From Ostrea edulis (taxonomy: Eukaryota): a DNA stretch of 64,000 bases. Of this stretch, positions 49,201 through 58,400 are shown one piece after another. Under the pieces are notes generated by a model that saw only the letters and a list, made by a program, of their open reading frames with translations, did no database searches and was not told the DNA's origin. Each line of letters opens with the position of its first letter. Within the stretch, counting starts at the first letter, position 1. The stretch spans positions 71,238,001 to 71,302,000 of the forward strand of contig NC_079172.1 in NCBI RefSeq assembly GCF_947568905.1. The letters run 5' to 3'. The translations under genes were made by a program, and so were the position numbers.

Positions 49201-51463
49201 ATATGTAAGGAAGTTGTCAGAAATTTAACCGAACTTAATTTTTGGTGCACAAAGAATGACAGACTATCAGGCACATAGCGTGGCTTTTCTATATAAAAAG
49301 GGGGGTGGGAGGCAGAGGAGAAGTCGTCTAAAATTCTTGACAATCTAGCAAAAAAGGGGGACCCCCCTAAAATATGTTGTCTATTCTAAACTAACAGCCC
49401 AATGGAGGGGTGGGTGCTTAGTCCTTTAATTCATTATTTACTGCAAAGTACATGTGGTGGGAGATATCATCCAATATGCCTTAGTTTGTATGTGAAAATA
49501 ACTTTGCACGTAAAAATCACGGAAAATAAATTTTATAAAAATTAGAAATGTCCCTTTTCTGGTTTAACGTGCCCGAGTATAAGATGGACGAAATCAAGGA
49601 TATCAAATGTGATTATCCAGTCAAACAACTTCTTGAAGACTTCGTCTCCCACAAAATTTATAAAGAGGAACACTTTAACAGAGATGGGATGCCCCTCATT
49701 GATTTTGGGAAAAACTTTTTCTACCACAGCATTCTTTCAACCTTTTGACAGGCTCTGTGAAGTGCAGTATCACATGACTTCTGCACTTTTAATATTACAT
49801 ACACATACGCATAGGCGCCCTCTGGTGATAACCCTACTAAGACCTGGTAATTTCTGATGTATCCCTGCTAAACAGTCCATAATTGTATATTAACAAATAA
49901 CGTTTTCAATTTTCATAAATATTTTTTCCCCCTAAAAAATTAGAACATTTATATCTGAACCATTTAGGCATGTTTTATTAGATATTCATCATGCACCAAA
50001 TCACAGCGAAATGTACACTCTGGAATCCTTTATTTCCAAGCAAAACATTTTTTTTATCATTCCGGGAAAAATCACCAAAAAAAAAAAAAATGATATAAAA
50101 TAATTGAGAGCTTGTTTCATTTTTTCGATGGTGAAATCATACTTCATAAGAGGTATTTTAACGAGCCATTAAATAAACTTTTAGTGTAATGAGCTCGAGC
50201 TACCTTAACCGGTGCAAAATATTTGTACACGGATTTTAGATTCATACATATTGAACGTAAGCCCTACATGTCTGTGCACATGCACAGCAAGAAATTATAT
50301 GCTTATTATTAGGCGTTGCTTCGTAACCTTACGAGTGTTGTGCGTTATAATACATGTGTAAATCAGATCATTTTCTGTGTGTAATGCGTACCGTTGATAC
50401 TGTGACACACGTTGATTAGTCTTTTTATATAAAAACAAATTCGAGATGCACATGCCTTGTCAATTTTGACGCATGTGCAATAGTCCAATCCTAAAGATGG
50501 GGAATTCTTTCGGTTCTCGGTAAAAATCGTGGATTTCCGTTGTCCTTGAACCATGTATGATCATACCGAAATTCGACAAACATGTAAACCTGACAATTGT
50601 TGACTTATAACGTGTAAGGGTTCAGCTATGTAAATACTAAGTCTACAAACGGAAATACTGTAGGGATGACCGCGTATAACTTAGGAAACAATGATGCATT
50701 TTTATAAAGAGAAATGTAAAATCAGAAATCAAACGATGACACAAATGAAGAGTACAACACTGAGGTATACATTTCTGAGAAACATAACTTACACTCCCTG
50801 AGTTACAAACATACATAGCTGAAGCTGAAAAATGAACACGGTTGCAAGTTTGGATTAACAAGTTTTTTTTAACACGATTACCCTCCATACTTTTCAAGGT
50901 GTAGTGAGCCACCCTAAATTTCTCAATGAATTAAAATTTGTAACCTAGTATAGAAGTGGTTTATAAGTCGGACTTTACATAGTCTACCTTTGAGTAATGA
51001 CAGAACATTAGGGCAGTTTGGATCGTTTGAAATGGACAAACAGATAAAAATGAACAAATTGTAGGAGACTGAATAAATCCAATAACACGATGATGCAATT
51101 TGTTTTAAATACATGTACATGTTTTGGCTATTCTTCAACAGCTTAATTGTGACATTTGTTATGGTAATTTGCAGAACTCCTTTGTTTCCCTTGGGTAAAC
51201 TTTTAACAAGACTGAGTCACGTTGTACTAAGCCACCTGAATTTTGTTGACTGTAAACGGTGGTTTGTCTGGAATACATAAATGTACAGTTGACTTAAAAT
51301 AATTGATAAAACGTATCTCGTGTAAGATTGTTATAGTTAGACAATTATTTCGTTAGGTTTCAGATTCATCAATAGACCTCGTGCTTCGGAGCAGCCGCTG
51401 GGGCATTCTTACCTGATCCATAGATACAGAGCTGGCCATAGACTTGGCATATTTTGATAGTTC
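22632..51463 (-). CDS. Multi-exon type II membrane protein: TM - SEA - Thr/Ser mucin stalk - IgV-IgC - IgV-IgC - CBM14-like - IgV-IgC - CBM14-like (at least 17 exons, about 1,826 aa; 5' end uncertain)
   Basis: 17 GT-AG exons with compatible phases total 5,481 nt (divisible by 3) and end in TAA at 22632-22634. Domain motifs are given in the exon entries. Confidence 0.82.
22975..23031 (+). mobile_element. Penelope-like element 3'-end fragment
   Basis: ATAGGAGTTATGAGATTGATCACTGTTCGTTATCTTCACCTT, as at the end of the 29803 copy. Confidence 0.7.
23662..24012 (-). CDS. Exon: Ig C/I-like domain 3
   Basis: VKPNPPLITL...HSCTGDVGHPVGELEI...NCSN...TVRCVAFN; 351 nt, phase 1-1, donor GTAAGT. Confidence 0.85.
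24300..24611 (-). CDS. Exon: Ig V-like domain 3 (F-strand Cys absent)
   Basis: VECTSSSVYQNELASISCHL...VDVSIPSMSCSDDAKYSV; 312 nt, phase 1-1. Confidence 0.8.
25402..25455 (-). CDS. Exon: short Thr/Ser linker
   Basis: STTSTSTLSTTVTKAAK; 54 nt; acceptor TTTTCTTCAG, donor GTAAGA. Confidence 0.75.
25596..25800 (-). mobile_element. Diverged Penelope-like 3'-end fragment
   Basis: AAACACGGAC.CCTG...CACCAGAGGTG.GATC.GGTGCCTAGGAGG, the reverse of the 29590-29803 region. Confidence 0.7.
26375..26575 (-). CDS. Exon: chitin-binding type-2-like domain with 8 Cys
   Basis: VDVCEQFNETKVFFIDHEKFDNCNTYIQCEKNQPHGRKCAVRQCVYIGKAYCDDCSRAICTESPTTP; 201 nt, phase 1-1, donor GTAAGT. Confidence 0.78.
26927..27062 (-). 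mobile_element. Penelope-like 3'-end fragment
   Basis: AAGGTGAAGATAACGAACAGTGATC...GGAGGAGTAAGCATCCCCTG. Confidence 0.8.
27994..28434 (-). CDS. Exon: Ig C/I-like domain 2 (with an internal insertion)
   Basis: HSCSGEVGYPD...ESCSSTHSLKF...WNEGKIRCEI; 441 nt, phase 1-1. Confidence 0.82.
28919..29803 (+). mobile_element. 5'-truncated, degenerate Penelope-like retroelement (RT core + thumb + 3' UTR; Naiad-type because no C-terminal endonuclease follows)
   Basis: Q..GIPMGTNCAPLLADLFLY, FRYIDDVL, SYLD, LYDKRDDFSF.IINFPYL.SNIP, GVYIS.LIRYARAC. One frameshift and two premature stops; the ORF ends at about 29583 with no GIY-YIG domain. Confidence 0.9.
29921..30238 (-). CDS. Exon: Ig V-like domain 2
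   Basis: GERVSIHCQ...LKVEYINLQCSDEGQYFCTV (D-x-G-x-Y-x-C); 318 nt, phase 1-1, donor GTAAGT. Confidence 0.88.
31152..31192 (+). ncRNA. Type I hammerhead ribozyme core (stem I degenerate), probably from a Penelope-type terminal repeat
   Basis: CUGAAGA, stem II GACA/UGUC (loop UUAUU), GAAA, stem III AUGCGC/GUGCAU (loop AUCUG), cleavage triplet AUC at 31190-31192. Confidence 0.6.
31228..31560 (-). CDS. Exon: Ig C/I-like domain 1
   Basis: GERVELTCR...SDCSVDFEW...LNGSVIRCIASN; 333 nt, phase 1-1, donor GTATGT. Confidence 0.87.
31722..32066 (-). CDS. Exon: Ig V-like domain 1
   Basis: EDLVLECTIDVVENWDTV...VICPSLLRFKCGI; 345 nt, phase 1-1, donor GTAAGT. Confidence 0.8.
32177..33026. repeat. Degenerate 13-bp purine-rich array (GGGGAG[A/G]AGACAA) followed by a purine tract and (GA)n at 32971-33026
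   Basis: Directly visible. It is intronic and produces spurious G/R/E/K-rich and P/L/S-rich ORFs. Confidence 0.93.
33239..34690 (-). CDS. Exon: Thr/Ser/Pro mucin-like region 2 (484 codons) with internal 15-aa and 17-aa repeats
   Basis: Open frame with repeats TTETLKISTTSPTPI and TTENLDSSSTKVTTPQS; acceptor TTCTTACAG, donor GTGAGT; phase 1-1. Confidence 0.85.
34864..34995. other. Assembly gap (132 N) inside an intron of the SEA-Ig-CBM gene
   Basis: Run of N. Confidence 1.
35434..35469 (-). CDS. Exon: 36-nt Ser/Thr linker
   Basis: ENTPSSSSTTRT; acceptor TTTTCTTCTGTAG, donor GTATGC; phase 1-1. Confidence 0.75.
35795..36852 (-). CDS. Exon: C-terminal half of the SEA domain and Thr-rich mucin region 1
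   Basis: (R)SGSIIVTFMLYF... followed by T/S-rich sequence; 1058 nt, phase 2-1; acceptor CTTTTCAG, donor GTATGG. Confidence 0.87.
37851..38062 (+). mobile_element. Penelope-like 3'-end fragment
   Basis: Near-identical to 29591-29803. Confidence 0.88.
38230..38300 (-). CDS. Exon: middle of the SEA domain
   Basis: MEKTFKRSNSYGSNYQFCEVKNL(R); 71 nt, phase 0-2; links the flanking SEA exons in frame. Confidence 0.8.
38646..38907 (+). mobile_element. SINE (Meta-SINE-like), head missing
   Basis: TGTCGTAAGAGGCGACTAAA...GTGTGGCACAATAAAGATCCCT...GGTGACGTCTCCATATGAG.GAAAAATTCTCGAG, then a CAAT tail. Confidence 0.8.
38990..39490 (+). mobile_element. Older, degenerate Penelope-like RT/3'-UTR fragment
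   Basis: TATGACAAAGGGGATGACTTTAGCTTC (YDK.DDFSF), continuing to GAGATTGATCACTGTTCGTTATC. Confidence 0.8.
40247..40284. repeat. Poly(G) tract of 38 nt
   Basis: Directly visible. Confidence 0.9.
40460..40680 (-). mobile_element. Penelope-like 3'-end fragment (a further partial copy at about 40790-40885)
   Basis: GAAGATAAC.AACAGTGATCAATCTCATAAC...CCGCCGTGAGCCCTATAT. Confidence 0.8.
40959..41062 (-). CDS. Exon: N-terminal part of the SEA domain
   Basis: (Y)TSEITLTIKQDYTATLGNKNSQEYRELTSQLCSQ matches the SEA pattern L.I...Y...L.N..S.EY..L; 104 nt, phase 1-0. Confidence 0.85.
41561..41578 (-). CDS. 18-nt microexon (DSKIRY) between the TM and SEA exons
   Basis: Acceptor TTTTTTTCTGTTTACAG, donor GTAAGT; phase 1-1. 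Confidence 0.7.
41690..43660. repeat. About 23-bp minisatellite array (about 2 kb, EcoRI site in most units), degenerating at the right end
   Basis: Unit TT[G/T]ACCGAGGGAC[G/A]AGGAATTCA; intronic. Confidence 0.95.
43742..43925 (-). CDS. Exon: cytoplasmic tail and type II signal anchor
   Basis: FYTFIDTQSYKNPDGFSS...KNTRRSRLIKISVFWMVVLMLALIIFIIYISNYR: a basic cluster followed by about 21 hydrophobic residues; 184 nt, phase 0-1. Confidence 0.75.
44014..44140 (-). mobile_element. Penelope-like 3'-end fragment (a + strand copy follows at about 44445-44521)
   Basis: AAGGTGAAGATAA...GGGCAAACACG.ACCC.TGGACACACCAGAGGTGGG. Confidence 0.78.
44952..46260 (+). mobile_element. Degenerate, internally deleted DIRS/Ngaro-like tyrosine-recombinase retrotransposon remnant (gag-like ORF1 and SGNH-hydrolase fragment)
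   Basis: CDDIGSHVPLKLTQKIWEG/FIDLSVL, IEKWTSAFMIYMSI, W.KYDDQFRLR (gag-like; frameshift at about 45285, stop at 45530). LFRTDGTHL/VLGNQLFLNNI (SGNH-like) at about 46090-46250. No RT, RNase H or YR seen. Confidence 0.7.
47418..50204. mobile_element. Kolobok-like non-autonomous element with TTAA flanks, carrying a 46-bp satellite
   Basis: TTAA|GGTAGCTC at 47414-47425 and GAGCTACC|TTAA at 50197-50208. RR...YY termini with a TTAA target are Kolobok hallmarks. Confidence 0.6.
48091..48921. repeat. 46-bp minisatellite, about 18 units
   Basis: Unit GAGAAATCAATGTGCTACACGG[G/A]CAGAACACAAGCGGTATTCTC[A/G]C; period 46 (48181, 48227). Confidence 0.97.
50506..50913 (-). mobile_element. Inverted partial copy of the left part of the 47418 Kolobok-like element
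   Basis: 50506-50888 is the reverse complement of 47709-48092 with scattered differences. It ends in GTGTAGTGAGCCACC|CTAA, similar to the 47418 terminus. Confidence 0.75.
51413..51463 (-). CDS. Most upstream exon found for the SEA-Ig-CBM gene (ELSKYAKSMASSVSMDQ)
   Basis: Strong acceptor (TTTTCACTTCCCACAACCAG) and donor (CAG|GTAAGA); phase 0-0, in frame with the TM exon; contains in-frame ATGs. Confidence 0.55.
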
Positions 51464-51764
51464 CTGGTTGTGGGAAGTGAAAATGTAAAGTAAACTCTTA
51501 TGTCCTAACGAAGGTTGTATACAAGAACATCACTAGGTTATTATAGCAAAAATGGAAAGGGAAATATTCAGATTAAACCGGGATCGAACAAAGACAGTTG
51601 CGTTACTTAGTGAGGTGATCTCACCACTGATATAACAAGGCCGATAGACAAAGCATGGTGATATTACTACATTACGAAATTTAAAGTTTTTTTTCGGAAA
51701 TCATACAAGAACTCTTCATATCGAGGAGGCAAAAAAAAGTCAGAAACGTCGAGTATGACCTTAA

Positions 51765-53295
51765 AGGACACATCTCATGTTTTCAAAGTATACAATATTA
51801 CATGCATTTTGTCTTCTTTATGCTTATAGTAATTAATTCTAATAGTTCGTTCGCCGAAATTTTGCGATAATTAACCACAATACAGACTTAAATCTAAGCC
51901 CCGATTTCAGAAAGTCAAGTTAATTAGGTAGGTAGTCACGTGGTACAGTGACGTCACATGCGCCCTTCGGATTGTGAAAGTACTGCGAAATATTATTAAA
52001 AACTCAACTTTTAGGGGCCTAATTCATTTACCATGGGCAACATTAAAATCGATGTTGATAAATTGTCCGAGTTTTATATGTGTTCGCCACCAGTGCACAC
52101 ATATAACGATGTAAATACCCAAATATAGCGAGTAAAGCGTGTATGAAATCGGCAAAATTGTGAGTAAATAATGTTTATATGGGTCGCTGTCTACAAACTG
52201 TTTTGGGGATGTTATTCCTTTATACATCTGTAATTGGCGCTGTTTTTCTAAAATAAAGAGTGCAATCATTATTTATTTTTGGATTAGACAAATTATGATG
52301 CGTTAAATTGTTGACAACTAGGCCCTATGCCAAGCTATTGTCACGCGTGCATTTCGGAAAGAAAGAAAAAGACAACACACCCACAAATCAATAAAAACAT
52401 TCAAATTTAAAGTGGTAATCACATTATTTTATTTTGATAAAGCAATCTTATTACTATTTTTGAATTGTGATCTGCACGTCTTTAGGAAGTACGAAGTGGG
52501 AGCACGGCGTTATAGCCTACTGACGCACTCAAGGTGCTACGAGTTCAATAAAGAAATAATTTTATAATTCAATTTAAAGTTAGGAAATACAATATTCTAT
52601 TATTTGTATAATTAAAAGTTCAATTATTTTGTATCTTTAATTTTTTGTTGTTGTAAATCTACCAGTTGGTAGAAGTTATAATGTATCGTCAATATATGTT
52701 GTTACAAGGTGAAGGTCAGTTGATCCGAGTGTGTATTGAATTTGAAGAGCAAATCAGAATGTATGACATAGGCCTACCAGTGCTTATAGCTTCGATATAT
52801 CCATTTTCTCGCAGTTTATCAGGGTCTCTGTCCAAGCGATGTTTGAAAAGGTGACTGGGTGTGTTTTTTAAGGTAAAGTTCTTGCTCCAACAAAAAAATT
52901 ATCCACGTCTTTTTTCTCGTACCTTCCTTCGAAAAATACTCAGTCTTAATCCTTTCTACCGACAAATAGTACACTCGAGCACGGTACAAAACATCTTAAT
53001 GCATTATTATTTACAAGCCGTTAACGTGACAATTGGTTTTTGTCGATTAAATCTAATCTGTTTATGAAATGGCTAATAGATGTTTTCAAACCCAAGGGCG
53101 CATATGACGTCACACAAAATGGCGCGTAAACTAGCGAAAGAAAATATGCATATCGCAGTATTTGAATTTCATCGCTTTCAAACTCGAAAACTACGCAAAA
53201 TATTTCATTTAAAACACATTTAAAGTAGTTTTAGGCATAAAAAGAGTTAATTTTGCTGAAAAAATGCAAAAGTTTAGAAACATGCGTTGTGTCCT
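51765..53295. mobile_element. Second Kolobok-like non-autonomous element (1.53 kb)
   Basis: TTAA|AGGACACATCTCATGTTT ... AAACATGCGTTGTGTCCT|TTAA: an 18-bp TIR with 2 mismatches and a TTAA duplication. Confidence 0.75.
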
Positions 53296-54307
53296 TTAAG
53301 CAAGAATAACCACGACTGTTCCATGTAGATGCAAAATTTAACTTGGTTTCGTCTTTCATTTGAATAAGGATATCATGGTTTCAAAATCTAAAATTCATGG
53401 GGAAATAATTAAAACTTACATACAAATTTGGGTAATTACAGATGTATGTTTCAGGTAGATAGCTTTGGTGGTTTTTTTTTAAACAAAACTTATCCAAGAT
53501 CTCTGCTGTGATAGCCTTCTTCGGGCGATTTAAATTCGATTGGAAAGAAGTAGCAATTGAATTTGTGTTATTCCTTTGACTAATGAAACAGACATTTAAA
53601 TTGACGACTATCGAAAATTCGCCTTAAAACCAGACAGATATTCCGTAAAATTAGCTTTAAAACCAGACAGATATTCCGTACAATCAATCCAGATGAGTTC
53701 AATGTTGAAACTGAATAACAAGTAATGGCTCATTTTAGATATGACAATATCTCTATCTAGTAATGCTGGAATTAAGAAGAAATCATTTAATCCAGATCAG
53801 AAAACGTGTATTTCGAACCCCCCCCCCCCCCCACCCCAACCCCCCGCGCTGCAACGTCAATCCTTAAACTTCAATGACTCTGTTCAATTTATATCGTTAT
53901 AAATAAATTCCTGATTTAGAAACATTACTCTAGCTACGTAGAACAGTTTGGTTTGTTTATAAATATTAACTGAATTCTTCAGATCTGAGAGATAATATGC
54001 CCTTTAATTAAGATTTTCTAATTGATAGCAATGACACCATTGGATCGGAGTAAAGCAAAGAATAATAATTTTGATTTAGAATTTTGCTTTATATATATTT
54101 ATCATCATTGTTGTTGTAAATTTCTATAACTCTTTATCTCATCAACACCATTACCATAAAGCGCTCTACATGTAGAACAGACTAAAAGAATAATAGATAC
54201 AGAAAAGTACATAGAATAATATCAAACTGAAGTAAATAAAACTAAAGAAAAACTATATAATGCTTTATAAAGATAAATTTATATTCTTCATTAGCACATG
54301 GTGGCGG

Positions 54308-54318
54308 AGAGAGAGAGA

Positions 54319-54355
<37 letters not shown>
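54308..54355. repeat. (GA)n microsatellite
   Basis: Directly visible. Confidence 0.95.
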
Positions 54356-54358
<3 letters not shown>

Positions 54359-55323
54359 TACCCCATCATAGTGCCATCCTAGATCCTGTTCCTCAACATC
54401 CATTAGAATATTATAAATCTGACAATATCATTCCAATGAATATCAGATTGATTAAGCACGTGCACATGTAAACAACGGGGTCCACAATTATTTAACATAC
54501 ACAAAGAGTCATCTTCTGAGAGATTCTCTGAAATCTTTCTAAAACTAACCCCACCAAAAAAGTATGCTACGATTGTTGCAAACCTTTGCCAAATTCTTCG
54601 TATTTTCGCCAATTACAAGGGTATTTAAAGGCAAACAAAAATTGCAACCATTCTGACTTCATTCAGGAGATATCTCTCATACGCGACCTAACACATTGCA
54701 GTGTATTCCAAGGGTTTAAATGCCAATGAATACTGTGCAATTATCTACAAACAATAGGTTACATACATCTGTAGGTGTTCGTTATAAAAAGCACAGGGTT
54801 ATCTCAAACAACAATTATGTAAATAATTTCATTTATGTGTTGAATACTACTTTTTTAAGTGCAAATGCAGGTAAGTAAATATACTAATTTGAATGGGGCT
54901 TTTTTGGTGTGAAATGTAAAGTAAGTAAATATTTATTGTTTTGAAATTATTGATTTTGATTCCCTGTATACGAGTGCCTTGGAATTCTCGCAGCTGGCTC
55001 TGTAAGTGTCGGGTGCCATGTTACATAAGTTCACTGATTCGTAAGTCACTGCAGTTTTTCTGTAGCTGGTTACGCAATTCCAAAATGTTCCATGGTCGAA
55101 TCTTTCCCCCCTCTGATGCAAATAGCCAATAAAAATTATCATTATGGTCACGTGATTTGATGCGGTTGGTAAGCTTGTGGTAAGCTTGGTCATTCTCGCT
55201 TTATCAACGCTAGTGAAAGCATCAAAGATTTCAGCACAGTTATTGAATGATGGAACCTGGTATAAATAAATCGTTGAATCGTACGTGTAGAGCAACGCAA
55301 TTTTGTTGTTTTTGATGAATGTG

Positions 55324-55533
55324 CAGTGGCGGATCCAGGAATTTCATAACGGGGGGGGGGGGGGGGGCAGTAGAAGGATGGGGTTGCCTTGAAGCTTTGC
55401 ACTGATGGGGGTGGAGGAGGCGAAGCCCCCGGAAGCTAACGAAATTGTGCCAATAAGAGAGTGGGTTCTTTTTCATTTAGATAATGAACATATAACGTCT
55501 ACATACATATATTTGGCGCTGGATCCGCCTTTG
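55324..55533. mobile_element. MITE with CAG.GGCGGATCCAG-type TIRs
   Basis: CAGTGGCGGATCCAG ... CTGGATCCGCCTTTG; a related end occurs at about 11965. No clear TSD. Confidence 0.65.
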
Positions 55534-56907
55534 ATTTTGTGGTAGATCATCATTTTCAGCTGCTTCCGGTCTGGGTACATTCCGTGCGGTTTAAGGTATC
55601 ACACCGGTAATTATTTTCACTATATATTACTATAAAGGTTAAAAAAAATCATTGGAAATCAATTTGCAGAATTCATGCCGAAAAACGCAGTCAGAAATGT
55701 TCTATGTTACCTGTTCGTCCGCCGACACCGGAAAACAATACCCTACGCGGCATTTTCGAGAAGAAAAAAACCCACCCGCAAACAAGACTATCCTCAAATC
55801 CACGTGTTTTCCACATGTGTGTAAACAGCCGGAGTGAACCTCAGGAAGTAGCCTCAGCTACCAACATCCTCTGTATATACTTGGTTATTTCTACAAATTA
55901 AACAAAATTTCCCAATCAGGGGTACAAAAATCAAGAGAAAAGAAGAACAGGAAATGAGAAAAATTGCACATGAAAAAATGGCCTTTTTCTTTAATAATTT
56001 CTTTGAAACATATGGAACTACAATTGACTAAGTTCATTTTGATTTGACAATTACCGGTGTGATAACTTAAATAATGAACACGATGAATGTGTGTGTGATA
56101 TACATGTAAGACGATTGAAGGAGCACTGTGTGTAAACAGAAAACTGAAATTGAGGAAATATGATTCTTGTTCGGAATTTTAGTGTTTTAACATTATCCAC
56201 GATAATCGGCAAGAATGACGTTTCTGCAGCCACAAACAGCAGATTAGCAGGCGATATTCTTGCTATTACGCAATATATTCGTGACGGAGTTGGAGTTGAA
56301 ATAGTTATCACTGCATAATTAATTCGCCAGATGCAATTCACGTTCTGTAGAAATTTCAACGCCACGATGATGGGGACGAATGAACATCTGGAACAACTCC
56401 TTATTAAGGTTCATAGTTAATATTTCAAAATAAGATCATTATAACGGCCATACCATTTGCAAAATGCTGACTTTAAGCGAAACAAATCCCTGTAACATCA
56501 ACCTGACATCGATTGAAAAAGTGGCCACATGCAGAACAAGCTCTTGTGTGTCAAATCAGTTGAGACATAAATATGATATGCAGGTGATAATGGAATATCG
56601 CTACATAAATATGGTAAGTTAACGATGGAGAAGCTGAAGTAATCTCGTTTGTCTTCATTAAAGTTGAGTTTGCCGTTTATATTTATGCAATAAAATTATG
56701 TGATCCACAAGACCACCGTTGGAAACCCACGGTTGATTACGCTTCGTTCCTCTCTCTATCACCCATGGGTCCATTCAATCCAACTCGCTCGTTCTCATGA
56801 ATAATTAATGAGGCAATTTGATTGGGCGCTCATAGTTTACCCTGCGCGAATTTGTCCAATGAACAAGACGCTTTAGCCCAATTTCGGTAAACAATTGGTG
56901 TGATAGC

Positions 56908-57085
56908 AATCGGAACTCCTCGAATGTCTCGCGCACTCGACATAGGTCTCGGATGTAATACGGTGGCATCCATGAGTGAATTTGATGCATTGCCAGTTGG
57001 CAATGCATCAAATTCACTCATGGATGCCACCATATTACATCCGAGATCTATTTGGAGTGCGCGAGACATTCGAGGAGTTCCGATT
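56908..57085. repeat. Long inverted repeat: 88-bp arms, 2-nt loop, 4 mismatches
   Basis: 56908-56995 pairs with 56998-57085; the inner 34 bp are perfect. Flanked by the direct repeat GTGTGATAGCA (56898-56908, 57087-57097). Confidence 0.95.
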
Positions 57086-57223
57086 AGTGTGATAGCAGAG
57101 TTCAATCGGAACATGAAATGATATGATAGACATTATTTATGCGCTCAGCATCACCTGGCATATTCAAATGACAAATTACATTTTGTTGCATTTTGCCATC
57201 TTTTTGTTGTATACTTTACGTAG

Positions 57224-57355
57224 NNNNNNNNNNNNNNNNNNNNNNNNNNNNNNNNNNNNNNNNNNNNNNNNNNNNNNNNNNNNNNNNNNNNNNNNNNNNN
57301 NNNNNNNNNNNNNNNNNNNNNNNNNNNNNNNNNNNNNNNNNNNNNNNNNNNNNNN
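57224..57355. other. Assembly gap (132 N)
   Basis: Run of N. Confidence 1.
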
Positions 57356-58400
57356 CTTCACGTAACGCGTTTCGGCATATTCAAAGATTTAAATGTGGAT
57401 TAAGAATGGGTGTAATTATCTACAAAACAATAGGTTATATAGGTGGTTGTTATAAAAAGCATCGGGCTATCTCAATAAAATCAGCAGTAGGCGTAATCGT
57501 AGAACAGTCTGTGTAAATGTCTAACAGTAGGTTATCGTGACGTCACAATAGCGAGGTCAACAGCTGAGCAAACCAAACTCTAATTTGGTACCCTGCTGAC
57601 CTCGCTTCTCTCATGTGCAACAGGTAAGCGCCGATTTTTGACAACCAGGATCAGTTGTAACTACTCGGCTATTTCCGTAACCGTAACTTCTTATCGGTTA
57701 CTGGAGAAGACGAGCGTGTGATACGATTGAGCCAGGGTTTTGGCTGTATCGTTATATCACGAGTATGACGATAATTCATTTCAAAATAACAACGACACTA
57801 GCGATGACGTCACAGTCGACTACATTACGTTACGAATATACACGGTAAAGTATGAATTCGGAATCTCTTCAGAGCGACATGAAAATCAGTTGACCAATGA
57901 AATCGGCTCATGTGGGATAATCAAAGTACCGCTTTGTTTGTGTGTAGCACCAATCAGCGGGGAACCAATTTAGCCAAACTCTTCCAGTCAGGCATTATGG
58001 GATAGCAATTTCTTAGGAACTACAAAATCACACGACCGCATACACTGTGATGTCCCTGTAGAATGACAGAAAAACATATCGTCAAAGGTAAACAGTTCAA
58101 AACAAGAACGTAGACATCAAGCTCATTGCTTTACATTATAATTTGAACAGAGTCTCCCTACTTTTTAGTGATCTTTCGATCATTTGATGTTTAAAATAAA
58201 ATCCATACTTTTGTATTAATGCTCTTAAATGTCAATATTTTAAGCTTTAACTATGAACTACTTCTTTAGTGATTTTTGCCGGCGTAAGAATCCCGGACTC
58301 ACAATATACAAATACGTTTCTTATACTGTCAGAAGAGGCCTATACGTAGATGAGGCCTCGGCGGGGAGTTTGCTGTTCCGTTTTATTTTCTGTGAGTTTG

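Noticed and set aside
54933-55295. 120-aa minus-strand ORF as a possible upstream exon of the large gene
   Set aside because: No recognisable domain and no convincing in-phase donor; left unassigned.
55708-55880. Minus-strand segment ending in CAG|GTAACA as a possible first exon
   Set aside because: It ends in phase 1 relative to its ATGs and cannot join the phase-0 exon at 51463. It might be a UTR exon, but there is no support.
56830-57121. Two near-identical ORFs on opposite strands
   Set aside because: A direct consequence of the palindrome, not a protein.
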